A stretch of 64,000 bases of DNA, from contig NC_045711.1 of NCBI RefSeq assembly GCF_009834535.1, positions 20,150,001 through 20,214,000 on the forward strand, given 5' to 3'. Each line of letters begins with the position of its first letter. The stretch's first letter is position 1. The notes under the pieces are model-generated. The model made no database searches. It worked only from the letters and a program-made list of their open reading frames with translations, and was not told the DNA's origin. Source of the stretch: Camelus ferus. Its lineage: Eukaryota. A program made the position numbers and the translations under genes. Below, in pieces: positions 37,609-50,716 of the stretch.

Positions 37609-38219
37609 GGTGGCCGGCACGGGGACCCTGCTTGCCGGCTCCGGGCTCAGTGCCGTCTCTGCTACCTTACGCTGGGCTTGGGGCTGGAGTCTGCTGCTCC
37701 TTCAGACAGGGAAGGGGCATCTGCAGGCGACAAGCTTGTCCTGAGGGAAAGGAAGCCCATTAAAGATGTGGGTCAGGCACCCCCTTCGCTCCCATGAGAG
37801 GGCACAGTTCCCGCTGGGCTGGGGACGCCGGCAGAGGGACGGGGCTGGCCATCTGTCCACACCCCTGGGGGACCCTCCGTCCAGAGCTCCACCCCTTGGC
37901 CTCGTTTCCCCAGTCACCCAGGGGACCCAGAGAACCACCTGGACCAGCTGTCCCCTCCCCACCGCCAGCCTCAGTGAAAGTCCAAAGGCCTCTGGGTTGA
38001 CTGGACTTTTCTGAAAATCAGAGCACAGCACAGCAGCCCCCAGGGGTGGGGTCAGCAGTGGATGGAACCAGGAACCCTCCCCAGGCCTCTCTTCCTCATC
38101 GGTGAAGGGCAGGGAGGCCATGCGGACCCCAGAGTCCCTTCTCCCAATTTATTTCTCCTGTGTGCTTTGAAAAATACGTTCTGTTCAGACTGCCAAAGTA
38201 GTATCTGATGACTTTAGAG

Positions 38220-39318
38220 TTCAGATAGGAAAATCTGTTTGGTAAAGAGGGGAAAACCCTTGCAATCTTCCTGTATCCGCACGGGAAAAGTGAGCTTTGA
38301 CTCCTACCTCACACTGCACACAAAGACAATTCAAGGTGGACTGTACCAGCATGCAATAGGTTAAGTCAATTAATTAATCAAGCTCTGCAAGAAACATAGA
38401 AGAATATCTGCATGACCTTGGGTAGGCAGATTTCTCAAAAAAAAAAAAAAGCAAGAAATACTTGCAATTAAAAAACCCATCAGGATGATTTAATTAAAAT
38501 TAACTACACTGAGTAAAAAATGTAAACCATGGACTGGGAAAAGATTGTCAAGAGGCGTATTTCAGACAAAGAACTAGCCACCAAAATATACGAAAGAATT
38601 ACAGATCAATAAAGGCTAACAACTCATTTGGAAGAAAGAGAAAAAAACAAACAAGATTTGAACAGGAAATTCTCAAAAGAGGACCTCCAAATGGCCAAGA
38701 AGCACATGAGACGAGGGTAGAACCCCCTCCACCCTCACCAGGGCTGCTGGAATCAGAAAGGCAGACACCGAGCGCTGGGAGGGCGTGAACTGCTGAAAGG
38801 CTGCTGGGGCCGCGGGACGGTGCAGCCCCTGCGGAAAGCAACTTGGCACCATCGGTGTAGCTGGTCAGGACATGTCCTCTCACCCAGCAAATCCACTCTT
38901 AGGCTTGTGCCCAAGACAAATGAGTGCAATGTCCACAAAAGGGAAGAGTGAGAGTGTTCGCAGCAGCTGGAGCTGGAAACCGCCGGGACATCTGCGGACA
39001 GTAGAGTGGAGGCAGAAACTGTGACGTCCCCATCAGGATGCTCCAGTGAAGATGGAATTACCCTGCAGTCAACCACACGGTGAAACTCACCTACGCTACG
39101 TTGAGCGAAGGAAAAACAGACACAGAGCATACGCTGTGTGATTCTATTTACCCGAAGTTCAGGAACAGGCCAAGCCTCCAGGACAGCATTACCTAGGGGT
39201 GTCAACTGGAGAGCACCCTGGGGGATGGTCACACATGTGTAGACACATGTAAAAACGCTCAGATTTACTCACCTAAGACCTGTGCTTACTGTGTGAAGAT
39301 TATCCTCCTAAAAAAAAG
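38220..39318 (+). mobile_element. Degraded old L1 (L1ME-like) ORF2 3' part and 3' UTR
   Basis: gaagaatatctgcatgaccttgggtaggcagatttctc, ggacctccaaatggccaagaagcacatgag and a terminal A-run at about 39310. Confidence 0.65.
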
Positions 39319-39559
39319 ACCTGAACGGAGAGGAGAGGCCCCTCTAGCAGCCCATCTCCTCGTATCCAGGGATAATACCGGCTCCAGGGTTTCCCCTCTG
39401 CACATCCAGCGTTGATACGAGCCCAGGTAAACCCCGGGCATCCATCCGGCATGTCCAAGCCCTCCACGCAGAAGGGGACCTGGGTGCAGAGATGCTGCCC
39501 AGGCCCCCTGACCACAGGATCCTGCCCAGTCCCTGGTCTGGGGTTGGGGGGCTAGGGGC

Positions 39560-40450
39560 CTCCCCTTCCCGGCTGCCGTCCCAGGTTCCAGAGGCTTCCT
39601 CCGGGGCTGCCCGGAACCGAGCCGCGGGGCGCGGGGTTCCCCAGTCGAGGGCGCCCCTGCATCTGCTGCCGCGGCGGGATGACCCTCTGCCGGGGACCGC
39701 GCCTCGGAGCCCCGGGGAAGGGACGCCCTCGCCGAGCCCGCTCACCACCTCGCCGCTGGCCACCCGGCACTGAAGCGCCGCGCATCCTCTCCAGGACGCA
39801 GGGAGGGCTCCGTGGCAGGGCGATTAGGCTGGGGACCGCACGGGCCGGCGGGGAGGGGACCCCGCGCACCGGGTCCCGGCCCGGCCCCGCCCCCCCGCGC
39901 CCACCGGCCGCGGCCGTCGCAGCGCCCACGCCCACCTCGGTCACTGGGCCATCAGGGCTGTGCGCCGAGCCCCGGGGTCGCGCTCGGGACGGCCTTCTTG
40001 CCGCCACGCGTCTGCAAACGCTCGGCGCGGCGCGGGAAACTTCCCCGAGGGCTCGGCCCCGGACAGACGTGGGCGCTCCCAGGGGCGCCCTCCCGCACGC
40101 CGCCCGGTCCCGCCAGAAGAGCCGCGCTCTGCGCCCGGGCCCCTGGGCGCCGCCGCCACCTGCCCGGCCGCCAGCTGGGAATGCGCGGCGGCCCTGCGCC
40201 CGGCGCGGATATTAATAACCCGGGGCCGCGGGGTGGGGGGGACGGGCTGGGGGGGGGGCGCGGGGAGGGGGAAGGGAGAGGAGGCGTCAGGCCCCATGGC
40301 GAGGAGATGCGGTCGCAGGAGGTCGCAGCCCCTAATGGGGGGGTCTGGGCTGCGCTCCCTGGGGTGGGATATCGGCGGGTCACACCGCCGTTAGGACCCC
40401 TATCGTGTCCATGGGGGTGAAGCTGCGTCCAGCCGGGCTGCAGCCGCTCT
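39560..40450 (-). promoter_or_regulatory. CpG island, probable UTS2R promoter and non-coding first exon
   Basis: Dense CpG/GC region with G-runs 2-2.8 kb upstream of the UTS2R coding exon; candidate minus-strand donor GTGAGC at 39745-39740 and candidate acceptor near 37700. Exon bounds are inferred. Confidence 0.6.
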
Positions 40451-43400
40451 TGGGGGCGTTTCTGCGTCCCTTTGCCCTCGGCACCCCCACCCCTGTTTCT
40501 CAGGTGCTGAGCCTCAAACTCCCCGTTTGTCATTCAAGCTCTGGACCCTCCCGTGCACTTGGTGGGGAGACAGCGGGGGTGGGGGTGGTTCTGGGATAGA
40601 GAGGGGGAAGGGGGAACCCAGTGACATTAGTGACATTCATAATGTTGTGCACTCGTCCCCATTTCCAAAACCTTTTATCAACCCAAGGGAAATTCTGTCT
40701 CCACTGAACAACACTGCACCCCCGCTCCCAGCCCCCGACATCCACATTCTCCCTCTGGCTCCATGGATGTGACTCTTCTACCGACCAGTTACAGCGGAGT
40801 CATCCAGGGTTTGTCCCTCAGTGTCTGGCTCCTTCCACGTACTATGGGGTTCCTCCGTGTTGTAGAAGGGCCAGAATGCCCTCCCCTTTCAGGGCTGAAT
40901 AATATCCCACTGTCCACACCTTCATCCACGATGGACTCTCCTGGGTTGCAGTCCCTTTGGCTGCTGATGACCAGAGCTGCTACTTTGTTTCCTTTAATAG
41001 GTCACATTCCTTCCTTTATCTCTTTGAAAATCCTAGGCATCCTTCTTGTCAGGTCTTTTTCAGAAACTCCAGCACTTCCAGGGAGCCTGGGGCCCCCTGA
41101 GCATGGCCCCCACTCTCCATGGACAGATGGGGTCCCTGAGCCCAGTGGATCTTGGCACCGGGGAGTATCTGAGTCACCGCACTGCCGTCTTGGACAAGTG
41201 GACTCAAGGGTGGGTCTCACTCTCTTCCTCCCACTCTGTGGGCAGGTGATGGGCTGGCCGGCCTCACAGCGCTCAGACCCACCTGCTGCCTTTGTCCAAG
41301 CACCCTGTGACCAGGGCGGGGCCAGGAACACAGCCAGGGTCAGCTGCCAGGGTCACTGAGCAGCCAGCCTGACACAGGCCCTTAGGGCCACTGGCCAGGA
41401 TGTACGGATGCCCTAGGACAGCATCTGCTTACGTGTTAGTCAGCTCCTTGCCCTTCTCGGAGCAACCTGATCTCATCTCCTAGTCATGACGTCCTGCAGA
41501 GCCACAGGCCACCTGTCCCATGGCCCTCTCCCTGCTTGCACCACAGGAGGACAGACACCCATCCAGCGTGCATTCTGGGCAGACCCCATGGACGGTGGGG
41601 TAGGGGTGGTGAACGACAGGGGCCAAGGGTTGGGGAGGGAGATATTGTGAGGCCCGAAGGTGCTGGTGGCCCGGGTATGCCCCCAGGGGCACCATCAGGG
41701 AGATGCCTGAGAGCCCTCCTCTATTGCACTGTGTCCTCAGCCTGGACCCCAAAGGACCTGAGTGGCCACGGGGTTGGGAGGGTTAGAGGAGGGGCAGGGT
41801 CCTGCAGGCAGCTGATGCCGTGGGCCCTGGGCTGGGGGCCCTGCCCCTAAAACATGCTGTGCTCCGTGCCCACCTCTGATTCACTGTATGGGCCACTGAA
41901 TCATAATCATAAAGCCCTCACTTTCCACAAATGTGACTTCGAAGCTTTACTCTGCATGTAACGAGTTAAATGTGTTTTGAAACGGTAATTTTCCTGCAAG
42001 AACTCCTTTCCAATTGTATTATTAAATTACATGGAAAATGAGGTTCCATGGGCAGAATCCGGCTTTGTGGGGTCTCCTCACGGGCTGGGGTCACATCCAG
42101 CCCGACCACAGACTCGTCAGAGGCACATCCTGTCGTCTCCACCCTCCAAAAAAAAGTGCCTGGGAAAGAGAAAGGGAAAAGGGATGAGAGCGGGACTGGG
42201 GGTGGGAGGAGCACAGGCCTCGCGGTGTACCCCCAACAGTCTAGCTTCAGAGCAAAGGCTGGGAGGACGGGGTGGGCTGGTGTGGCCCCACCCAGAGCTC
42301 AGAGGCTATCTGGGACCCACCTGGGGGCATCTGCTCTAGAGGGAGGTCCCAGTGGGAACACACCTGCCTGGTTCCCCCACTCCCCAGCCCAGAGCCCCTC
42401 TGCAGTCAGCAGCTACCTGTGCTTTTCCAGGAGACCGTTCCCTTCGAGCTGCTGCTAATGTCATTACTTGATTTCAATTTCAAAAACTACAATTTCCCCA
42501 GGCCTTGTCTCAAATACCCCAAGATCTGAGACCCAGCTGGAGGGATGCGGGTATCAATCAAACCAATCAAAACACGCGCAGGTCTCCAGCTGGAGGCAGG
42601 CGCCTAAAAATCAGTGGAGCGCCTCCAACACCTGAGCCATCCAAGCGACTGAAGTGCAAGCTGGCAGGAGGCAGCTCGGAGCTCAGAGTAACTCCCAACG
42701 GAAAGCACTGGAGCGCAGGGAGGGTGAGACGTGTCAGGCCACACGACACCTCTTCTCCTGGAATCGGCGTTGGGGGCCCCAGGGGAAGCCCTGTGGGCCT
42801 CCTGCCACTTGCACAGGTGCTGCAGGTCCAACCCTGCAGCCTCCCAGGTCCCTGGGGCCACTCTGGCTGGCTGACCTGCGGAAAAGGGTCCCAGTTCAGG
42901 ACCAGGAAGCTGCTTGCTGTGAGTGAAGAGGCTGGGTGAGAGGCCCTGAGAGCCCTCTTGCGGATTGCCAAGGGGGAGTCATGCTGGAGTGGGGAGGAAA
43001 CCCCAGGGGCTCCAGGTTCTCCTGAGAGGACAACCGAGGCCACGTGTCCCGACTGTCGGGGGTCTAACTCCTGATCTGTCCAAGTAACAGCACAGAAGCA
43101 CCCCTCCCCTCAGCAGGGCCATGGCACCACCCCTTGCCTCCCTGGGAAACAAGGAGGTCAGGGGGCCCACTTTCCTCCTGAGGCCCTTCAGCCCCATCCA
43201 TGCAGACAGCAGTGGGGGGCCCTAGCCCCCAAACCAGTGGCACGGCCTGTGCAGCAGCCAGAATCCAAGGGGTGGGGTCCCCACTCCTGCAGGTCTCTCC
43301 TGGGGACCTTCTTCACCGCCACCATCAGCACAGTCACCACCACCTTTTTTTTACACTCACTCAGCACATGACACACACACCTGGGCACCACCATTCCGAA

Positions 43401-45809
43401 CAGGTGACAGTATTTTTCCGTCTTTGCTTCAGATTGTTGATTTTGGAAATGACACATGCCTAGCCCTCCACATTTCCAGTCTTCTCCCTCCCCAGAGGCT
43501 CCACTGCCCTGACTTTGGGGTGACTCCCAAACTTATTTTTTTAAGAAAGAAACGGAAAATTTTTATATGAGCCAAATTTGAGGATTATAACCTGGGATGA
43601 GCATCTCAGAAAGCTCTGAGAGCTGCTCCTCCAAACTTTTTTTTGATCAGGTCTTTTCCACAGGCCATTAATAACGTGCTTTAAAATGTTCTAAATGGAA
43701 TAATACTGTCGCTCTCCTTTTGCACTTTTTTCCCTCACGGGACAGACAGGAGCCCACTCACCCCTCTGAAAGGCTCTGTGGTGCTCCACCACACACCACC
43801 AGCTGCTGCACAGGGACCCTGTGCCTGGGGCCAGATGCTGGCCACAGTCGGGCAGGGCTCCGGGCCGGACACAGAGATGGCCAAAGAGGTCTGGACTCTG
43901 GCTGCCTCAGTGTGAATCTGGGTGCCTTTCCTTGTCACCTGTGGCCTCAGGGGAGCTACCACATCTCTCTGTGCCTCAGTTTCCCCATCTGCAAAATCTG
44001 ACTAAATGTAGAACCTGCCTCATCCGAGCATTGAGATTTAGAGGAGTCAAAGCACATGAAGCGCTGGCACCCCACTGGCACCGCCTGGCGGTCAGGAGCG
44101 GGGCGCCGCAGAGACGAGGCTGGTGCCTTGGTCTCTGCCTGGGAGGAGCGTTTGGCCCAGTGGGGAGAGGAAACAGCGGGGCGCCTCGTTTGGCTCCCGG
44201 CTGAGTGAGGGGAAGAGACTTCATCACCTCCAATCACAGAGCCGGTGAGGGGCTGGTCCAGGGGGGAGTGCCGGAGGAGGGGGCTGCCTGGGCTGTGGGC
44301 TGCTAGGGTGCGGCAGGAGGAGGTGATTCTTCTAAAGCTTAGGGGTCCGTGCGGGGTGACCTGCCAGGCACAAAGCTAAAGCCCCCAGAAGATGGAGACT
44401 AAAGATGGAACAGGCCACAGTCCCAGCTCAGGCTGAGGAGCGGTCAGCTGTCCCCTGGGTGCTGTGAGGCCCTGGGTCCCTGGACGTGTGCCCTGTGCTG
44501 CAGTGGCCCTTCAGGTCTGGGTGTGGCCCCTCGGCAGCTGCAGCAACAAGGCCTAGAGGCCCCCAGGCCTGGGTCTTCAGAGGCTCGGACTCTAGAGGGG
44601 TGCACCCCCTTCACGGGATGCTCGGGCCCTGGGGGGACAGGCCACATCTGGACCAGTGTCGCCTCCTCAGGTTCTGGCAGTGGGGATGCCTGTCACCTTG
44701 AGCGCCTGCCCGCCTTGAAGTTGGGGTAGGGGAGTCTCAGTCCCCAGTTGTTTTCCCTGCCTGACACAGAAAGTTCCAGAGAAGCCCCAGTAATGTTACC
44801 AGATTTTCGTCTGCAGACTGGGGCAGGGTCCCCTCTTCCTGAAGCAGGCACGTACCTTCACCCACATTGCCCCCGACAAGGGACAGTTTGTGGAGACACT
44901 TTGTTATTCCTGCAGTGTTTTCACCAAGTGCCCAAGGGCTGGGCACTGGGGACCACGGGCCACCCCAGAAACAGAGGCTCCCGCAACACAGAGATGCCCC
45001 CACGTCCCAGGGAGGGTGGCTGGGACTGGCTGGGCCCCTCTGGGGCGGGAGGAGCACAGGCCTGGTTGTGGTCAGCAATGTGGACAGGCGTCTTGACCGT
45101 GTCCTTTGAGCTCCTGTCAGCACAGAATATCAGGACAAGTCAGTCCTGTCCCTGCTCCCCTTGGAAGTCAGAGGACCCCAGCCCCGCCCCACCGGGTGGA
45201 GAAGCCACAGTGGACGTCCCCTGACCATGCTTTGGCCCTTCCAGGGCTGGGAACGCTGTCAGCGCCGCAGGAGATGTTTCTGGAAGGCGCCTGAGCTGCA
45301 GAAGGTCAGATGCCCCAAGTTCTCATCCACCTCGCCTGCTCCGGGCCCCACCCCCGCTGGCCCGTGCTCTGTCCTCTGCGCTCGGCCTCGCTCCTCAGAG
45401 ACACGCGCCACGTCCTCACTCCCAGGGCCGGTGCAGAGTCACCTGATAAGACGATGGCTCCCAGGTAAATGCAGTTGCTGGTCAACAACGCTGAGCTGTT
45501 TTTCACGCAACCTGGGACACCCGAGGGGAACGTGCGTCCGCAGGAGCCCAGGCTGCGACTGCAGACGAGTGGCCTTGTTTGTGGTGCTGCTTTGGGCTCA
45601 GGAGACGAATCACCCGGTGACTGTGTGCAGCGCGGGGGCAGCGTTTCCACCAAAGGCCGACCTGACTGCAGCTGTTCTCATCCAGAGTGGATTAATTCAC
45701 AGTGAAGCGGGGGTGGGGGGCTGGGGGGCTGTTCCCACCCTTCACAGACCCTCCGGGAAGAGAGTGGACAGTTGCTCCTACTCTGGGCCAAGGTGCTACA
45801 ACTTGTACG

Positions 45810-46380
45810 TTTGATTCTTTTCTTCTAATTGAGGTGAAATTCACTTAACACAAAATTACTCGGTGGCACATAGCGCATCCAGAGTGTTGTGCGACTGTGG
45901 CCTGTCTAGTCTCCGAACATTTCATGACCCCAGAAGGACACCCTACACACATTGAGCAGTTACTCCCCCTCCCTGTTTCTCTCCGTCTCCGGCACCCACT
46001 CATCTGCCGCCGTCTCTATGCCGATGCCCACTCCAGACATTTGATATAAATGAAATCACACACTCCGTGCTCTTTTGTAACCACAGCCTTCAATCTCTTA
46101 CCACACTGTTTTCAAAATTCATCCGCGTTGCAGTATGTCCCAGAACATCATTCCTTTTCACGATCATTCTCCATCTTACAGAGAGATCACATTTTGTTTA
46201 TCCATCATCGGCTGGTGGACATTTGGGTTGTTCCCACCTTTTGGCGACAGTGACTGATGCTGCTATGAGCCTGTGCATACAGGTTTTTAGTTTACGTGGG
46301 TACACACCTGGAATAGAATTGCTGGGTCGTATGGTTGTCTTATGTTCCAGTTTTTGAGGACACATTTGATCTGATTTCAC
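45810..46380 (-). mobile_element. L1M 3' end relic
   Basis: ttctaattgaggtgaaattcacttaacac...ttatccatcatcggctggtggacatttgggttgttcccaccttttggcgacagtgactgatgctgctatgagc is the antisense L1 3' signature. Confidence 0.75.
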
Positions 46381-47536
46381 CTTCACTATAACCATGGGAG
46401 TTGATGTTTTCCCCGTTTTTAGGTGAGAAGAGCTGAGGAACCAGATACAGCTGCTTAGGAAAGAGGCAAAGAGGGGGGCCCTCCTGACCTCAGCATCCCT
46501 GCCGTACTGCAAAGCAGCCGGGTCATCTAAAAAAAAGTTTGCCTCAAACAAGGGTTTCCTGGAATAATGAATAAACAGACTATTTGACCTGGAGGGACAG
46601 AGACAGGAAAGGATGAGACCAGTCTGGGTTGATTGGAAGAAGAGCCAGGAGCACATTCGATCACAGACTCCATGGCAATAAACACCCACAGAACCATGAG
46701 GTTGTGTGGAGATGAGGCTTTGCCAACGGCTGCTGCATCAGTGCCTTCCCTCCACTTAACCCATGTAGGAAGTCTTCACGACTGAAGACCTCGAAACTCA
46801 CTTCTGAAAGGTATGTAGAGAGATGCCCTCAAACTCCGGTGACAGGACAGACTGCCCCCATCAGTACCTAACGCAGCAGCGGCCACCCCCGCCCGGAGTG
46901 GACTCCTGGACCCGCATCCTGCACTGACAGGGACACAGCCCACCCTGGGATGGGAGGAGACTCTGCCAGCCGGGCCCCCCCCGCGGAGGGCTGTAGAAAC
47001 CCCCAGACTGTCCATTTACGGGAAGGGAAGCAGCCGATGAAGAGCCGCGGCCCTGCCTACAGCACCCTCACTGGTGGCGAGAGCTCTGGAGTGTCCTTCT
47101 GCAGTGAGGTGCGCAGGGCGGCGGTTCCGCTGCAAAGCCCTGGCCCCTGCCCTGGCTCGGGAACGTTGTTAGCAATCTTTGCACATGGTTCTGCCTGTAG
47201 GTTTTTTTAAGAATCCGGGGCACATATTTAGATTCTTTAAAATCTCTATCTGCGGACACTCTCTTGTTGTTCAAAGCATGGTACTTCGTTATTTTAAGCC
47301 TGTGTGTTTCTGTTTGTGGTTTATAAATAACGTGACAAACACCTGGGAAATGAACTCCCACCAGTAGCCAAAAACCTGATCAGAACCCTCATCTGGCCTG
47401 GGCCGCTCCAAGCTCTGTCCCCTGCTCCCCAGGGACTCAAACCGGTACAAGTGGCTCAAACCAGATACTGAGACGACAGAGCCAACCGCTGGCTGGGGAT
47501 CAGGCAGCACAGGGCTTGATGCAAAACTCTTACTGC

Positions 47537-47542
47537 TTTATT
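47537..47542 (-). terminator. Poly(A) signal of TEX19 copy A (AATAAA on minus)
   Basis: TTTATT about 500 nt past the stop; positionally homologous to the AATAAA of copy B. Confidence 0.7.
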
Positions 47543-48040
47543 TAATCAAAAACAAAAACATAACGGGAAGTCAACCCTCAAACTGCATGAAATGCCAACG
47601 TTTGAAAGCAGGTATTCTCCTGCCGCAAACACGGTTCCAGGGAGCCCTGAGACTGTCCTGCGTGGTCCTGGGAGAGTGTATCCCCCCACAACATCTCTCC
47701 ACAAGTCCCAGGCAGGGCTGGCGTGCAGAGCGGCACGCTGCCTTCTGCCTCACACTCTGGGCAGCAGCTATTCGCACCAGCATGTCCTTGTCAGCATCCT
47801 GTCCTACCTCCATGACAGTCCCTGGGCAAAAGCTTCTCTCTCAATGTTGGCTTTGTGTTGCTTTCTGCTGAGGTCACAGCAATTCCTGTTTCTCAGTCTC
47901 CCGGCCACTCACCACTCTTCCCCCACGGCCCCCCGTCCCCATCCTCTGCCACTTGCTACCCTGGCAGGTCTGCCAGTCCTTCCCAGCCTCTGGTGTCCTG
48001 GGGAAGCCAGGACAGCGGTGACCACTCGGGCCTCAGTCCC

Positions 48041-49096
48041 TCAGTTCTGGGGCCCTGGGCCGAAGGGCTGGAAACACGGCAGCTCCCCCGGGGCTGAGGC
48101 TCCCGGGACGGCCAGGCCCTCCCCAGGCCCTCTGGGCCCGCTGGGGCCCGGGTCCCCTCCTCGGCTGGAGGGCTGTGGCCCAGGTGCCGAGTCCCCCTCC
48201 TCTGCCTCCCTTTGGGCCCAGGGTGAAAAAGAGAGGATGGAGAATCCCCTTTTAAGCAGGGCCGAGTCTGCAGGGACCAGCTCTTCATTCCCCGCCGGAG
48301 GAGAGGATTCCAGAATACTGAGCTGCCACCGGTGCAGGTCCTGCACCTGGGGTGCGTCTTGAAGTCTCACCACCCACAGCTCGTTGGGCTCCAGCACCAG
48401 CTTCCAACGCTGGCCTGGGGTCCTCAGGGCCCGTGTCGGCTTCATCTTGCGGAAGTAGATGGCATCGTAGAAGCCCACCATACAGATGACCTGCAGGCCC
48501 AGCAACCAGGCCTCGGCCTCAGCAGGGTCCACGGCCTGGGTGGTGCCCAGCTCCAGGACCATGGGCGCCCCTGGGGGCAGGTCCACTCTGAGAAACCCCT
48601 GCCAGGGAAGAGAGGAGCATGGCCAGTGCGAGCAGGTCGGAAGCCTCCCAAGTCTCCAGGGGAGGCCCTGGACCCAGTCAGCGTCCTCGGGACCCAGGCC
48701 CAGGGGCACCGCGTTCTGAGGCTCCAGCTCGGTGGGCACGAAGTAATGGTCCAGGCCCACCTCCTCGTACCCCACAGGGCCTGCCCCCAGGGGGTCCGGC
48801 CCCCAGGCCACAGCCCCGCCCTGGGCAGGCCCCCCTTGGGCCTGCCCCCAGCCGGGCCCCACCCCCGGGGATGCCCCCAGCTCAGACCCCGCCCCCGTGT
48901 GCACCACCAGCTCAGGGTTCCAGTCTTCATCTTCCCAGTCCTCCTCCTCCAAAAACTCTTTAAAGTCCAGAAAGGCAGCCTTGAAGCAAGCGAAGCAAAC
49001 CCTCAGCTGGTCGCCATGTTGAAGCTGATACACCCAGGACGCGTGCAGGTAGGACATGCCCTCCGCCTCATGCCGCAGGCTGACCGGGGCGCACAT
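48041..49096 (-). CDS. TEX19: Testis-expressed protein 19, copy A (351 aa), in the same orientation as UTS2R (the human-syntenic position)
   Basis: [50 protein letters not shown] matches the TEX19 N-terminal domain; acidic stretch, VPTEL motif and Trp-rich C-terminal region present; single coding exon; ATG at 49096-49094. Confidence 0.96.
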   Translation of the reverse strand: MCAPVSLRHEAEGMSYLHASWVYQLQHGDQLRVCFACFKAAFLDFKEFLEEEDWEDEDWNPELVVHTGAGSELGASPGVGPGWGQAQGGPAQGGAVAWGPDPLGAGPVGYEEVGLDHYFVPTELEPQNAVPLGLGPEDADWVQGLPWRLGRLPTCSHWPCSSLPWQGFLRVDLPPGAPMVLELGTTQAVDPAEAEAWLLGLQVICMVGFYDAIYFRKMKPTRALRTPGQRWKLVLEPNELWVVRLQDAPQVQDLHRWQLSILESSPPAGNEELVPADSALLKRGFSILSFSPWAQREAEEGDSAPGPQPSSRGGDPGPSGPRGPGEGLAVPGASAPGELPCFQPFGPGPQN

Positions 49097-49623
49097 GGCC
49101 ACGCTGCCGGCCTCCGACGAGCTGGGCGGCCGGAGCAGGACTCGCTGGGATCCTAGCTGCTCTGGCCCACAGGTGGGCGCACGGCGCGGTGCGGGGCCCG
49201 GGGGGGGGGGGGGCGGGACAGGCGAACAAGGAAGGAAAGGTGAGGAGGTGGGGGAGATAGGGGTTCCTGGTGCGGGGATTTGGGGGTGGGGGGGAACCGG
49301 GTCCCGACTCAACAGGGACCTGCAGAGGGTGGGAGGGAGGGAGGAACGTGCAGAACTTTCTTCAGCCGACGCAACTGCCTGATCTCTGGGGAGCTGCAAA
49401 GGAAAGCAAGTGAGGTGAGGGCCCCCAGGCAGGCAGGGTGGGGCAGACCCCGCAGGGTCGAGCAGGCTGCGGGGCTCCGGGGGTGGGGCTGTGGGCTCAG
49501 ACTTGGCCCTTCAAGCTCTGCCTCTGCTCAGATGAGCTGTCCTGGGGCCTGTGGGTCACACGGCCCCTCCGCCACCCAACTCCCCACCCCCGACCCCAGG
49601 GACCCCACACCCAGTCAGCCTTG

Positions 49624-50716
49624 CCTGAGGGAACCTGACAGAACCTGTGGGAACCTGACAGAACCTAAGAGAACCTGACTGAACCTCAGAGAACCTGACA
49701 GAACCTGAGGGAACCTGACAGAACATCAGAGAACCTGACAGAACCTGCAGGAACCTGACAGAACCTGAGGGAAATTGACAGAACCTAAGGGAACCTGACA
49801 GAACCTGAGGGAAATTGACAGAACCTAAGGGAACCTGACAGAACCTGAGGGAACCTGACTGAACCTCCCAGAACCTGACAGAACCTGAGAGAACCGGACA
49901 GAACCTGTGGGAACCTGACAGAACCTAAGGGAAACTGACTGAACCTCCCAGAACCTGACAGAACCTGAGGGAACCTGACTGAACCTCCCAGAACCTGACA
50001 GAACCTGAGAGAACCGGACAGAACCTGTGGGAACCTGACAGAACCTAAGGGAAACTGACAGAACCTGAGGGAACCTGACAGAACCTGACAGAACATCAGA
50101 GAACCTGACAGAACCTGCGGGAACCTGACAGAACATCTGGGAACCTGACTAAACCTCAGAGAACCTGACAGAACCTGTGGGAACCTGACAGAACCTGTGG
50201 GAACCTGACAGAACCTAAGAGAACCTGACTGAACCTCAGAGAACCTGACAGAACCTGAGGGAACCTGACAGAACATCAGAGAACCTGACAGAACCTGCAG
50301 GAACCTGACAGAACCTGAGGGAAATTGACAGAACCTAAGGGAAATTGACAGAACCTAAGGGAACCTGACAGAACCTGAGGGAACCTGACTGAACCTCCCA
50401 GAACCTGACAGAACCTGAGAGAACTGGACAGAACCTGTGGGAACCTGACAGAACCTAAGGGAAACTGACTGAACCTCCCAGAACCTGACAGAACCTGAGG
50501 GAACCTGACAGAACCTGTGGGAACCTGACAGAACCTGACAGAACATCAGAGAACCTGACAGAACCTGCGGGAACCTGACAGAACATCTGGGAACCTGACT
50601 GAACCTCAGAGAACCTGACAGAACCTGCTGGGAACCTGACAGAACCAGAAGGAACCTGACAGAACCGGAAGGAAGCTGACAGTACGTGAGGGAACCTGAC
50701 AGAACCTGTCAGAACC
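49624..50716. repeat. Tandem satellite, 10-bp period / 20-bp unit (GAACCTGACA GAACCTNNGG), about 1.1 kb
   Basis: Exact 10-bp register from 49631 to about 50620, with variant second half-units. Confidence 0.98.

Noticed and set aside
35842-37797. 651-aa ORF on the plus strand, antisense to UTS2R
   Set aside because: Mirror of a GC3-rich coding sequence, which depletes antisense stop codons; low-complexity Gly/Ala/Arg/Gln translation with no recognisable domain.
46423-46870. Acceptor-like site followed by a coiled-coil-looking reading (EELRNQIQLLRKEAK...)
   Set aside because: Stops after about 45 codons with many further stops; I could not match it to any protein family. BLASTX would be needed to call a pseudogene.
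82-47500. Numerous 60-240 aa ORFs in the six-frame track outside the called exons
   Set aside because: Expected in GC-rich intronic and intergenic DNA; Pro/Gly/Arg-rich, lacking splice-consistent structure or recognisable homology.
48332-49156. 274-aa ORF antisense to TEX19 (and its twin at 61560-62384)
   Set aside because: Antisense shadow of a GC-rich CDS; its duplication only reflects arm identity.
49097-49399. Apparent 101-aa N-terminal extension of TEX19 copy A (452-aa ORF)
   Set aside because: Begins at a non-ATG codon and is in frame only because of a G14 homopolymer; copy B has C12 and is out of frame. Homopolymer length is error-prone.
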